A DNA stretch of 64,000 nt from Octopus sinensis (taxonomy: Eukaryota), in the NCBI RefSeq assembly GCF_006345805.1, contig NC_042997.1, positions 39,618,001 through 39,682,000 on the forward strand. The letters are read 5' to 3'. The translations under genes and the position numbers were made by a program. Within the stretch, counting starts at the first letter, position 1. Each line of letters begins with the position of its first letter. Under the pieces are notes generated by a model. It searched no databases. It was not told the DNA's origin and was given only the letters and a program-made list of their open reading frames with translations. This document shows, one piece after another, positions 1 to 13,163 of the stretch.

Positions 1-252
1 GAAGCATTTTTATCTTCTGTGTTCAAGTTCAGATATAATTAGTTCAGATATAATTAGTTCTGTTATCAACATCACTGCATGTCATATAAGCAATGCTGAA
101 ATAATTAATCATGGACTACTAGCAGAGATTTGTCTGTCAGGGATCAGAAATTACTTTTAACCATAATCAAAAGATGTGTGTTCTTGTATATATTTAGAAT
201 ATATAACATTGAAAGATTTAGATTGAAAAAGTATTGTTATATATATATATAT

Positions 253-651
253 ACTAGCAGTATCGCCTGGCATTGCTCGGGTTTGTAAGGGAAATAACTA
301 TATAAGCATTTTTAGAGAGTTATAGCCAAAAAATAGCAAAAAAATGCATTAAAAATGGAAAAAAAATGATGGTAAATTTTTTAAAAATCGTTGACTCATC
401 GTAGACATTTTTAGAGAGTTACTTCCCTTATATAATAGCGAAAAAATGCATTAAAATGGAGAAAAATTATGGTAAATTTTTTCAAAAATCGTCGACTCAT
501 TGTAGACACGCGCTAATACCCAGAAGGGCTCGATATGAATCACGACTATAAGATACTCGGTTTTGGTTACACTGCACCGCAAAATGTGGGAGTAGTTAGG
601 AATCTAAATCGTAGGAGACAGACACACAACTTGACTTTTATATATAAAGAT
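253..651 (+). mobile_element. Non-autonomous Helitron-like element (ACTAGCAGTATCGCC... family), copy 1
   Basis: Starts ACTAGCAGTATCGCCTGGCATTGCTCGGGTTTGT and ends TTTTATATATAAAGAT. The same termini recur at 12630, 26906 and 33811(-). No TIR or TSD; the termini resemble Lep1/HINE-type helitron derivatives (from memory). Confidence 0.65.
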
Positions 652-919
652 ATATTGAAACATCTTATTTGGCAACTGAAATGGTACCAAACACTCAAAG
701 TATTTCACATTTCACTTTATTGTACACTCAACATTCTACATTGCATAAAATAAAATTACTTGGAATTACCTAAAATAAGCCAACCATATTTGCAACAGAT
801 GTAGAAGACAGCAATAAAAGCAAAAATAGCCCCAAACTCAAGACTCTCAGAGGCATCACATTTAACCAATTAAAAGAAACAATAGCAATACTAATGTATA
901 AACCATATGTTATACACTA

Positions 920-1335
920 TTTCTTTACTACCCACAAGGGGCTAAACACAGAGGGGACAAACAAAGACAGACAAAGGGATTAAGTCGATTATATCGACCC
1001 CAGTGTGTAACTGGTACTTATTTAATCAACCCCGAAAGGATGAAAGGCAAAGTCGACCTCGGCGGAATTTGAACTCAGAATGTAACGGCAGATGAAATAC
1101 CTATTTCTTTACTACCCACAAGGGGCTAAACACAGAGAGGACAAACAAGGATAGATAAACAGATTAAGTCGATTATATCGACCCCAGTGTGTAACTGGTA
1201 CTTAATTTATCGACCCCGAAAGGATGAAAGGCAAAGTCGACCTCGGTGGAATTTGAACTCAGAATGTAGCGGCAGACGAAATACTGCGAGGCATTTTGCC
1301 TGATGTGCTAATGATTTTGCCAGCTCGCCGCCTTC
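920..1335 (-). mobile_element. tRNA-derived SINE family C, tandem head-to-tail dimer
   Basis: Two consecutive copies of TATTTCTTTACTACCCACAAGGGGCTAAAC...GTCGATTATATCGACCCCAGT...GGAATTTGAACTC. The minus strand has a B-box-like GAGTTCAAATTCC. Further copies at 7180 and 7435. Confidence 0.8.
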
Positions 1336-1399
1336 ATACACCATATATTATACACATCATGGACTGCATTGATCTTGTCAAATCCTCCAACCTCTGTAC

Positions 1400-1990
1400 A
1401 GCAAACTACTAAAAAAACAGAAAGTAGTGTACCATTGGTAGACTGCTTACAAGAAAGCAAAAATAGAGAAAAATGAAAGATTACAATTTATTTCCACAGA
1501 AAGCTCCACACTGCATAATCCCTATCACTACATGAATGATCCACTCCTAAATACTCAAACACATCTACAATTCTATCCTAAAAACTCTCACTCCCACTCA
1601 GTCTGTTTAGACACAGACATACAAAAAATAGCAGCAACATCAATAACCCCATTAACTCCAAATTGTGAACACCACCAAGTGTATGCAGAGCGTTGTTTAA
1701 GACTAATGACATTATTGATGCAGAAGATGAGCAATTGTTGCACTCTACACAAATTTATTTTGCCTGCTTCTACTGTAAATATAGTCAGATCCTACAAGCA
1801 AACAGAATAAAAACAAAACAAAACAAAGAAAAACAAAATAAGAAACAGGATGGTCTGTGAAAAAGAAAAGCAATCTAGAATGCTACACTTCACCCATACA
1901 GTAAAATTATTGCATAGTGGAAGGCACTGTAGGGTCTTCCATAAAGCAGAGCGGTGATGAACACGAAGCCATGCATCAATTGACAAAATG
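1400..1990 (+). pseudogene. Highly decayed LINE-like fragment
   Basis: 1560-1800 is visibly homologous to 7790-8030 and to LINE remnants nearby; there is no intact ORF. Confidence 0.35.
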
Positions 1991-2084
1991 TAGATCACAT
2001 TTAATCATTAGGTCAATAACTACTTACATACCACAGAGTTGACTTGGGGTTATACAACACCAACAGCAATATTTATAATTTATG

Positions 2085-2535
2085 AGTATCATGGCTCGCA
2101 GGATGGCCTGCTGTGCTAACCTTGGATCATAGAGTGACCTGCTGTTCTTGAGGAGACCTGTTGAGTCAAGTACATCAACACCAACATCAAAATATAAATC
2201 AAATGGAAATTGTAGTTAAGATGCCCGTGCCGGTGACACGTAAAAAGCACCGTCCGAATGTGGCAGATGCCAGCGCCACCTGACTGGCGTCTGTGTCTGT
2301 GACACGTAAAAAGCACCGTCCGAATGTGGCCGTTTGCCAGCCTCCTCTGGCCCCTGTGCTGGTGGCACGTAAAAAACACCCACTACACTCACGGAGTGGT
2401 TGGCGTCAGGAAGGGCATCCAGCTACACTGCCAGATCAGACTGGAGCCTGGTGCAGCCTCCTGGCTTCCCAGACCCTGGTCGAACCGTCCAACCCATGCT
2501 AGCATGGAAAACGGACGTTAAACGATGATGATGAT
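2085..2535 (+). mobile_element. SINE family B (internal ~60-bp TAAAAAGCACC units, (GAT)n tail)
   Basis: Contains CACTACACTCACGGAGTGGTTGGCGTCAGGAAGGGCATCCAGC and ends GGACGTTAAACGATGATGATGAT. Recurs at 18093, 47950, 56470, 58085 and 62870. Confidence 0.8.
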
Positions 2536-2549
2536 CTTAAAAGTAAGTT

Positions 2550-3035
2550 ATGCCTTTCCTGCTTCTTTTCTTACAACATATGCTCCTATGCAGATGATAC
2601 TGACCTTTACGCTTTCTTAAACCTCTCCCACCCAAACATCATTTACATACTAAACAAATATCCCTTACCAGACTTTCACTACCTATATCATAAGAAATCT
2701 CAAACATATCCTTCAATGGGGATGTTAGCAACTTAGTCTTTTTCCGCATCAAAAATAAACAATTGCTACATTTATCAAGGAAGTGTCTCTTGTGTTATGC
2801 TGTCTCAACATCATTATCATTATAATCATCACCATCCATCTATATCAACAACATAAAAATTAAACTAGTAGGCGCAGGAGTGGCTGTGTGGTAAGTAGCT
2901 TGCTTACCAACTATATGGTTCCGGGCTCAATCCCACTGCGTGGCACCTTGGGCAAGTGTTTTCTACTATAGCCTCGGGCCGACCAAAGCCTTGTGAGTGG
3001 ATTTGGTTGACGGAAACTGAAAGAAGCCTGTCGTA

Positions 3036-3074
<39 letters not shown>

Positions 3075-4260
3075 GTGTGTTTGTGTGTCTGTGTTTGTTC
3101 CCCCAACATTGTTTGACAACCGATGCTGATGTGTTTACATCCCCATAACTTAGCGGTTCGGCAAAAGAGACCAATAGAATAAGTACTGAGCTTACAAAAG
3201 AATAAGTCCTGGAGTTGATTTGCTCAACTAAAGGCAGTGCTCCAGCATGGCCACAGTCAAATGACTGAAACAAGTAAAAGAGTAAAAGAGTATCAGAGTA
3301 GTTTCAAATTATGAGCCTCACACACCGTTATGAACTCTCATGGAAACCTCTTGCAGATAATATTGCTAAACCTGCATCCCGAATACAAGGATTCTTCTTC
3401 TTCTTCAGAGTGAGAAAATACTTCATATCTATTAAGTTGCCAATTCTCCACAAATTGAAAGTTTTACACACTGAAGTATTATTCATATGGAAGGTACTGT
3501 GCTGTCGGCACATACATAAACATCCTAGACTGCTTCAAAAAAAGAAGGCCAAATGGCTGATAGCTGAAGATTAACATATTTGCTAAGCCACTGGCTCAAA
3601 GACTTGCAGTTTATTCTCTCTGCTTTCCTATCACTGATATAACAGCTTCTGTCGCTGAAGTATCTGACTGTATATTTCCTCCACATGATGCACCCTCCTC
3701 TCTTTCATTACTTTTACTGTGTCTCACCTCCTAGAACCATGTTAATCATAATCCAATATTTTCTTGATAGAAACACTATCTCCTAGAATTCCCATCCTAC
3801 CAGCACTTTTCCAGTAGATTGACTTCCAGACATTACAAATTCAATATCAAATACATTGGAAATTACAAATGTCTTAGGTACTACCCTTCACCATCTGACT
3901 TAGAATATGTTAGGACTTAGAATAAGCTAGGTTCTTGCCAACTGTATTGTCATTTGAATTACAAAAATTTACAAGTAAAACATTTAAAAGCAATTGTGCT
4001 TATCTTATGCCAAGAAACACCCTTGAAAGGGAGTTATATCTTCAGCATTATTCAACCTAAATTGGTTCCTAATGCTTGAAGATTTGGCCCTGATCTACTA
4101 AACAATCGCTACTTTACCTAGATATTTTGTTGACCCCTGTAATAATGTCCCAGAGATAGTTTAATCTTTATTCATTACAGTTACCAACATCCATGGGAAA
4201 GATGCTATGGAATGCATTATCAGTAGATTATCATTTAGGAATTCAACTATTTCAGACTAC
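2550..4260 (+). pseudogene. Decayed LINE RT C-terminal region, split by a SINE at 2870-3290
   Basis: Translates to CSYADDTDLY at about 2580, then SWKPLADNIAKPASRIQGFFFFFRVRKYF at about 3340 and KMLWNALS at about 4200, all motifs of CR1/Jockey-group ORF2 ends. Many stops and frameshifts. Confidence 0.6.
2870..3290 (+). mobile_element. tRNA-derived SINE family A (GGCGCAGGAGTGGCTGTGTGG..., internal (TA)n/(TG)n, (AGTAAAAG)n tail)
   Basis: A-box-like TGGCTGTGTGG and B-box-like GGCTCAATCCC (GGTTCAGTCCC in other copies). At least nine near-complete copies in the window. Confidence 0.9.
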
Positions 4261-5639
4261 CATAAAAATCTCGTCAGCTTTTAGATATAAATAAATAAAT
4301 ACGAAATTTGACTTTTAATTCGAAAGAATTTATGTAATTGAGACTTGTAATTTTGAGAAATTTTGATAGTTATTTTTGTTATTAATGAAAATAGTGCCTT
4401 TTGAGAGTATCAGAGTAGATCAGATTCAGATTAAAATACTGAAGAAATTAGATATATTATTAAACAGCATACGATATGCGTGTAAGAAAACATACAATTA
4501 AAACTGATAAACTATAAAAACAAAGAACAAAGAACAAAGACAAACAGCTGAACATAGGGAAACTGAAGTATTTAGTGTTAAACAATTTAGAAGGCAATGA
4601 ATAGTATTAAGCTAAACTGCTGCCTAGAACATTTCTGTTTAAAGAAAATAACATACAATTCAGTAAAAAAAAACCCCTTAAAATAACATAAAATATTGGT
4701 GAAAGTACTGCAAGGATATATTGCTAGAATTAAAAAAAAAATGTAAGAATTTAAAATATAAAAAGAAATTATAAGGTGGATGTTGATATATCCAGCTTTC
4801 ACCTATGATTTGGTCACATCTTGTTGGTTATTATATATATATTTGCAGCCTATTTTTAGGGGTGAAAATATAGCTCTGTTTTGAGGCACGCCTGTATTGT
4901 GTTTTACAATCCCTACAACTCTTATTACAACATGTAACATAACCTGCATAGTTGCTTTCGGCAAATTATTATTCATTGTCTTTTAAAAGAAGATTTACTA
5001 TACAATGCAATTTTAGCTTCACTTAAGTCATGCTTTGAGAAAAGTGTGTTTTTTACTTCCTCATTTTGTAAATCAGATACTTGGAACACATTTTAATATA
5101 TTTCTATTCTGCTTCATATTAAGGTACTCTGATTACAGAGTACCCTAATATGAAACAGAATAGAAATATAGTGTTAGCCTTCATAAGCATTTTATTGAAA
5201 ACATTTGATATTATATATGAAATCAAATATAGATAAGGAGTTATTAACTAGCATAAGACAAATCATAAAACTTAAAACAGTTAAAGTCAGAGTACTAAAC
5301 TTGTTTCTCAATGGTTCAGTTGGACTTAGCTCAATACCTTTTTTAGTATTTTGTGCCTGTATCATTTTCTGGAATTGTCGTTTATCAACAGGTCATCCTT
5401 AATCAAGAAGACTCATGATCAAATGCATTCCAGCTGTGATCATCCAATTTTGTTCAGATATAGTATATCTTGGATAGTAACTGCATCATAACCAAACTCT
5501 TTTTACTTCCTAAGCAACACAACCCACAGACTTCAACAAGCTAATAACTTGTCCCCTGATATCACATACTGTTCTACACCTAATTACCACAACAGCACAG
5601 CAAGCAATCTCCCAACTCTTCTTTGACTATCTATTTATC

Positions 5640-7430
5640 ATCATCATCATCATCCTCCTCCTCATTAAAATACACTTATATATCAAACTAGAAAAGCCAA
5701 CTTGAATGAAATTAAGGACATCTTCAAACACGACTCACCAACACTACAAAGCAGAAATGAACTCAGTATATAAAAAAAGAAAAATCAGAGAAACTAAAGG
5801 AAAGAAATACAGGAAATTGATGATATTTGTATTCGGTACAAAACAAGCCGTAAAACATAATTATACAAAGTAATTAGCAGCACTAGCAATTACAATTGCC
5901 ATACCACACTTTATGACATAATAATAACCAACTTTTAAAAAGCATATTCTTACTTCAGCAGCAAGAAAATTAACTCAGCAAACATTAAAAACATAAAAAA
6001 AGCCACCCAAAATTTACACAAGAGAAACAGTCACATAAAATGCGAAGTGTATAGTTTTCATTTAGATGACAATGCAAGCCTTTTCCTTCTATTAGATACT
6101 AAAAAGTTATAAAGAAATCCCCAAACTCAAAATCTCAAGGGCTTGATAGAATTACAAACTCATCTAAAACACTAAGAATCAACAAGGCTTATTGCATTCA
6201 CAGATCGACTGAACTTCTTATATAGATTGCTAATTTCCCATAATGCGGAAATTGAGAAAAATCATCAGTTTTAAAAATTCAATTGAAGCAGTATCACCTG
6301 GACCCATCACTACTCCATACATACTTTAAAAAAACCATAGAAAGACTTTTCTTAGACATCACCAGCCTACACACTTCCTTCTCCAACTTAGAATGTGGGT
6401 TGAGACTGTTAATTAGAGTCAGTCATACACTTGCTTACAAACCTTGTATATAAAAAAACAACAAAAAACCCCCAAAACATGATGGTTTAAAAAAGCCTAT
6501 ATACCATCCTAACTATTATTGACATCAGCAAAACTGACAGTGATATTCTTGTTACTAGACACAGTATACAAATTATTCAATTATAAAACAAGAAACAGAA
6601 TAAAATTCTAGCAAGAAAACTGTCTCTCTGGTCACCAAGGCCTTGTAATGTACAAAAAAAGAAATCACTTTCATAATTCGTAATTTCTTAAATGGACTAG
6701 GTATTGGTTAAAAGGAACATAAGAAAAGATCTGTATTCTTACGCACGCTTTTTAACCTATATCTACATGACCTTCCCACACCTCCATAAAGTATACACAC
6801 AGCCTCATATGCAGATGACATCACACTCACATTTTTCCATCATTCTCTAGACACAGCTGCACAACTACTCCAATTTTACACCAATCACCTAGAAACCTAA
6901 CTCTAAAACAACAAACTTAAAGAAGCACCTTCTAAATCTACTTTCTCATTTTGTACCAGCTTTACCAAAATATCAGATACAACCAACCATCACGTTCATA
7001 TAGTATAAACATATCACACGTATTACAATGCTTCTACATTATTCACATTACACCAAGATGACGGAGTAAATAAATCAAAATAATGCAAGAACACACTGAG
7101 ACAACTCATATGTATCACATATGGTCAGCAAAGGAAAATATTGTATAAACAATGCATTGAATTCATTATGGATTATACCTATTTCTTTATTACCCACAAG
7201 GGGTTAAACATAGAGAGGACAAACAAGGATAGACATAGGTATTAAGTCGATTACATCGACCCCAGTGCGTAACTGGTACTTAATTTATCGACCCCGAAAG
7301 GGTCGATAAATTAAGGATTATACCATCCTTACTAGGGTTGCCAATCTCTCCTTAATAACATCAAATGATGTTCTTAGCAACATCACATACTGCATATAGA
7401 CCACATTCATACATCACTGACACAGCATAA
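5640..7430 (+). pseudogene. Decayed LINE reverse transcriptase region
   Basis: 6730-6900 translates SVFLRTLFNLYLHDLPTPP*SIHTASYADDITLT, matching RT motifs GSxLSPxLFNxY and YADD. The flanks are AC-rich decayed ORF2. Confidence 0.6.
7180..7315 (-). mobile_element. SINE family C, truncated with terminal fold-back
   Basis: Matches the family C 3' portion and ends in a 16-bp perfect hairpin. Confidence 0.75.
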
Positions 7431-7434
7431 TATA

Positions 7435-7670
7435 TTTCTTTACTGCCCACAAGGGGCTAAACATAGAGGGGACAAACAAGGACAAACAAAAGGATTAAGT
7501 CGATTATATCAACCCCAGTGCGAAACTGGTACTTTATTTGTTGACTCTGAAAGAATGAAAGGCAAAGTCGACCTCAGCGGAATTTGAACTCAGAACGTAA
7601 TGACAGACGAAATACCGCTAAGCATTTCGTCCTGCGTGCTAACGATTCTGCCAGCTCGCCGCCTTTGCAG
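7435..7670 (-). mobile_element. SINE family C, full copy
   Basis: Same sequence as 1102-1335. Confidence 0.8.
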
Positions 7671-8676
7671 CATAATAATATGAAAACTAAAAGACAACTG
7701 GGAGAGGCAGAGTTTGTGGTGAAAACAAATTCCAATCCTGACAGTCCTTTCCACTACATGCCCACTCCTACCTACTAGAACATCTCTCTAATTCTACCCT
7801 CAAAACACTCCCAGCTACTCAACTCCTGATATACATTAAAGACATGTGCATGAAAAATAGCAATAGCAACACTATCCTCATTAGTTTGCAAGCATTATAT
7901 TTGGGTGCATACCATCAATGACAAATGCAGAGGATGAGCAACTGTTGTGTTTTGATTGAGTCAACCTTGCCTGCTTCTGTTGAACCTACCTCTAGAATCC
8001 AGAAACATATGGATATAGACTAGACTGTGGAGAGTGTACAATATGTCCCGATTGTTACATTTCACCTCCTTATAGTTAACCATTTCATGTTGGAATTTAC
8101 AGAATATTCCTTAGCTATGCAAGAGGAGTGGTATATCTAGAACAGTGGTTCTCAACCTTTTTCAAAATTTTTGCTTCACAGTCCCCTGGTTATTTTTTGG
8201 AGGCCTCTCGGTCCTTGGCCTATTTTCGCAGGAATAAGAGATTAATCAAATGCAAAATTTTCGCGATTATACTACTATTAGCTTTAAGTAGTTGAATACA
8301 CAAAACCTCAATAATGCCATTAAATATAAATGTTAGATGTAAGCATAAAATAACACTAACAGGACACCAGATGTTGGCAAAATGATATGAAAAAAATCAA
8401 CATTTTGTTTCTTTTTAGGCTGTGAAGTAGGGCCACTGTTAACTATACCAAACTTTAATTATTCATTAGTAATCTATGCTTTCAAACCCATTTTCACAAA
8501 TATTAAGTTTGGTGGCAAGTCAGGTCTGGTATAAGAAAGGGACCATCGGCATTGATGTAGCGTTTAATTCTTTGTTTATTTTCTCCAATTCTTTCCTTGA
8601 TTTGCATATATATTTGCTGAAAACCGACAGAAGACAGGATATTTTTTGATAGATGTATTAAAGAAAAATCATTAAA

Positions 8677-9062
8677 CCAGGAGTGGCTGTGTGGTAAGTA
8701 GCTTGCTAACCAACCACATGGTTCCGGGTTCAGTCCCACTGCGTGGCATCTTGGGCAAGTGTCTTCTGCTATAGCCCCGGGCTGACCAATGCCTTGTGAG
8801 TGGATTTGGTAGACGGAAACTGAAAGAAGCCTGTCGTATATATGTATATATATATGTGTGTGTGTTTGTCCCCCTAGCATTGCTTGACAACCGATGCTGG
8901 TGTGTTTACGTCCCCGTCACTTAGCGGTTCAGCAAAAGAGACCGATAGAATAAGTACTGGGCTTACAAAGAATAAGTCCTGGGGTTGATTTGCTCGACTA
9001 AAGACGGTGCTCCAGCATGGCCGCAGTCAAATGACTGAAACAAGTAAAAGAGTAAAGAGTAA
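8677..9062 (+). mobile_element. SINE family A nested inside the hAT element
   Basis: Family A sequence; a possible short TSD TAAACC lies on both sides. Confidence 0.9.
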
Positions 9063-10053
9063 ACCTGTTCGAAAGAAGGATTAATGTGACTGCTGTATTT
9101 GCTTCCGCTTTACCAACTCGTCTATATTTGGTTGGGTTCTGTATAAAGCAACCCTCATGCTGTGTAACATCCAGTCTGTTTTGCCGTTTGCTTTTTATCA
9201 ATTGAAGGGCCAAAAACACCAACTCGCACTTGTAAGGGGTTGCGACGGGAACCAGATATTTCGGTGCCACTTTTGAAATATCTGGATAAAGCTTTGCTAT
9301 CTGAATACAAAAGTCACAACAACTCATTTCACGAAAGATCTGTTTTGCAGCTCTATTATTCAATAATTCTATGAACTGCTCCTTCACGGTTATGTCCTCA
9401 GAAGGGAGATCAGCAAAAGATATGGAAAATGGATTGTTCACGAAGCAGTAAAGTTGCTCAAATTTTTGCAAATTGGGAAAATATAGGTATAATTCTTCAC
9501 TAAGAATGCAAATACCTCAACCATATCATCATCGATGAGGAACTTGTTTTCATCAATAAATTTATTATCCTGAGGGGAAAAGGTGCAAAGTTTTTCTTCT
9601 GCAATTTTGAAGCCCATAGTTTCAGTGTCATTTTAAAAGCAGATATTTTTTCAAGACAGTGGAGTACTGTCATGCCTTTTCCTTGCAGGGTTAAGTTATG
9701 AGTGTTGAAAGAGTTGAATATATCCATCAAAACTGCCAGACATATAAGAAATCAGGCATCACAAAATTTAGCTCGCAAACAAGGCTTTGAGTCCTGAATA
9801 AATACATATATTTCGTTTCGAAGCAAAAAAACTCACATCAGTACTTTCCCTTTAGATGAGAGCGCAACAGAAGAGTTTCGAAATCGGCATAATTTTCCCG
9901 GCATAAATCTGCGAGGAGACGAGAATTTAGTGCCCCAGCTTTGATGAAGTTGACTACAGCAATAACATCATTCAGAATATTTTTAAGTGTATCTGGTAAA
10001 GTCTTAGCCATAAGAACTTGTCGGTGAATTGTCGGTGAGTGTGACCTTACCAT
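9060..10053 (-). pseudogene. hAT (ZBED5/ZBED8/FAM200-like) transposase remnant, frameshifted
   Basis: ORFs read HRQVLMAKTLPDTLKNILNDVIAVVNFIKAGALNSRL, DIFNSFNTHNLTLQGK...FKMTLKLW and YPDISKVA...PVATPYKCELVF...KSKRQNRLD, typical Charlie transposase blocks. Confidence 0.85.
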
Positions 10054-11826
10054 GCATATCTAGACAGGTATTGCCAAGCTACCAGCATACTATATTCTAC
10101 GGCAATGCACGTGGGAATTGCATATGCACACAAATATCCACTATGAACATGTGATTATTTTTTGGTGTAAAAAATTTCTAAAATTGTTGGCAATTTGCCA
10201 CTCAGTTGCAGAAAAAATTTCTGATGCCTTTGCAGTCCCTGCAAAATCGCTTTGTGGTCCCCTTGTGGACTGCTGACCCAAGTTGAGAACCACTGATCTA
10301 GAACAATAGATCTGAGAACTACATACAGGTACTTGGTGGATTACCTCCATGTCATAGTTCAGCTCTGGTCATTGGGTTATGCAACAGCTATTTTATCTAG
10401 AAGCTGGAGAATAAGAGGGATCAAATGACCTTTGCTGAATTCATTCTGGTTTGTGCTAGTATAGGTATAAGCTAAAAGATTTTCCAATCTATAATTTTTT
10501 ATAGAAGTACAAAAAAAAAAAAACCCTCAAAAATCTTATTAGGATGGTAGTTGAAGTTGTAGTCATTTCCATATTTAAATATATATAGCAGTCATTTTTT
10601 GTGCCAGAAGTTAGTGTGAGCATGTTTGGTGAGAAAAAACCAGTATTAGTTAACAATTAATATTGATTTCAAATTTTGGCACATGTCCAGCAATTTCAGG
10701 GGAAGGAGTAAGTTGATTAGATCAGCCCTGGTACTCAACTAGTACTTATTTTATCGACCTTGAAAGGATGGTTAATATTAGTTTCTGGTAACTATGGGAA
10801 ACAGTTCCTGTTATGTTTTAATTTTGTTGTGGTCTGTTCAGGAAAATATAAATTCCTTAGACTTGTTGAAGTAGAGTTGTGTGAATCACTAAGTTAATAT
10901 ATAGGATCATACATTTATTGGCTTGAAAGATAGAACTGTTTTTAGAGATTAAGTAATTTAGAGATGCTAGCTGCCTGAAAAATGACAGATAAGTTAGTTT
11001 TAATATATTCAACTTGAACTAAACATAAGGGGAGAAAACAAAGAACAACAAAATTAATTTGTGTCTAATATTTTCATTTTTGCCAACTACAGTAATATAA
11101 AGAGAACTAATTTTATCACAAAGCAAAGCATAGCAATTTTTTTTTTTTTTACTCAGAATGTATGTTATAATATAATAAGGTTTTGTGTGCTATGTTAATA
11201 TATAGTTTGGTAAGATACAAAACAATATGGTGTATAAAACTATTCAATAAAATATATTGAAATATACTGAGAAATATATGAAGAAAACTAATTCTTTTCA
11301 TGTATGAAACTGTAGACAAAATTCCACCTAACACTGTCTCTCCATTGAAGAGATACCCCTTAAAATATCATTTGCTTTCGGTTGTATTTCTACTTTGGAT
11401 AAGCTATATAAGAAGTTAGTATAAGCATTAGGTAGTGAAAGTGACAGAATTCCAACAAGGAAAGAAGTTTTGGAGCAAGTAACTGATAATAGAAGTAGGC
11501 CAAGCAAACTGTTGAGTAAGATAATTTGACATGACTACCAAAGAGCTAACATAAGACAGAGGTTGTATACGGATGGGGATTTGGCACGAAACTGAGAATA
11601 TAAATTTCTGGTGGGATTCTTACTCTAAATTGAATTTGGGTATTGGCCAATATATAACTATGTGTCTTGATAGTGTTTGAAAAAAAAAAAAAATTTTTTT
11701 TAAAAATGCTCTTTATTCTTTTTTTTTTAATAAAAAGAAAAAAAATTGCAGTGTGATAATTATAATTTTCATCTATGAAAACAAACCAAAAAGAAAAAAA
11801 GACATAAAAAGGAAAAAATGTATCGA

Positions 11827-12239
11827 CTCTCTTTACTCTCTTTTACTTGTTTCAATCATTTGACTGCAGCCATGCTGGAGCACCGCCTTTAGCCGAGCAA
11901 ATCGACCCCGGGACTTATTCTTTGTAAGCCCAGTACTTATTCTATCGGTCTCTTTTGCCGAACCGCTAAGTGACGGGGACATAAACACACCAGCATCGGT
12001 TGTCAAGCAATGCTAGGGGAACAAACACACACACACAAACATATACACACACACTTATATATATATACATATATACGATAGGCTTCTTTCAGTTTCCGTC
12101 TGCCAAATCCACTCACAAGGCATTGGTCGGCCCGGGGCTATAGCAGAAGACACTTTCCCAAGATGCCACGCAGTGGGACTGAACCCGGAACCATGTGGTT
12201 GGTTAGCAAGCTACTTACCACACAGCCACTCCTGCGCCT
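11827..12239 (-). mobile_element. SINE family A
   Basis: Reverse complement of the 2870-3290 family. Confidence 0.9.
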
Positions 12240-12629
12240 ATGTGGAAAATGTTAACAAAGTTTATGATTGATAATTAATTCTTGATGGTCACTCTATGAT
12301 AACTCATGTGTTTTCTGTTTACCTGTAACTCTAGCTTTCAATTCCTACACCAGAGATATATTTTTCTGTCCAGTACATTCTTCTGTCTTAACATTTCTAT
12401 TTTTCTCATTGTTTCTAACCCACTATAATCATAACAATGAGTAACGATCTTTGTTTTATAAGAGCAACACTTTATTTGGCTGATGATAAATGCTTTCCAA
12501 CCAGGTTGGACTGTTATTTCATTTTTGAATCAGACATTTTCATACCAGAAATCAAAAAGAAGTTAGCCTTTTAACAGAGCTCATCAACTACTGTTACATT
12601 TAAAAACTGAATATTTGCTTATATATTAA

Positions 12630-13032
12630 ACTAGCAGTATCGCCCGGCATTGCTCGGGTTTGTAAAGGAAATAACTATATAAGCATTTTTAGAGATGTAA
12701 AATATAATAGCCATCTCAATATGGCTAACCACAAAGAGGGGGGTGGGTGTTACTGTAGCTTTTTACATTCTGAGATTTAATAATAAATTTTTAGAGAGTT
12801 ACTTCCCTTATATATGCCAAAAATGCATTAAAAATGGGAAAAATTGATGGTAAATTCTTTTTAAAATCGTAGACTCATCATAGATGTGCGCTAATATCCA
12901 GAAGGGCTTGATATGAATCACGACTATAAGATACCCGGTTCTGGTTAAACTGCACCGCAAAATGTGGGAGTAGTTAGGAATCTAAATCGTAGGAGACAGA
13001 CAGCACACAACCTTACTTTTATATATAAAGAT
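12630..13032 (+). mobile_element. Helitron-like non-autonomous element, copy 2
   Basis: Same termini as 253-651, with a different internal segment at about 12695-12790. Confidence 0.65.
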
Positions 13033-13163
13033 ATATACTTTAAAAAACATGCAATGTTCAAATTGGCATGATTTTACATTTTTATTCAAATTTCAGTATG
13101 GTTGACAACAAGAGGTGCTGCCATACTTTTGGCAGTTACAAATCCCTGTTGGAAATGTTTTAA

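Larger units (their letters stand above)
8143..10295 (-). mobile_element. hAT-Charlie/Buster DNA transposon, internally deleted
   Basis: TIRs CAGTGGTTCTCAAC / GTTGAGAACCACTG. Identical 8-bp TSD ATCTAGAA at 8135-8142 and 10296-10303, which fits the NTCTAGAN Charlie target. Confidence 0.93.

Noticed and set aside
24-60. 16-bp tandem duplication AGTTCAGATATAATT
   Set aside because: An ordinary slippage duplication with no further structure.
2870-2945. tRNA genes at SINE heads (families A, C, D, E)
   Set aside because: A and B boxes are present, but there is no complete cloverleaf and each continues into a repeat body.
2911-3273. Recurrent ORFs MFQSFDCGHAG... / MLGGQT... / MSSNARG...
   Set aside because: They are antisense or sense read-throughs of SINE family A, repeated at each copy.
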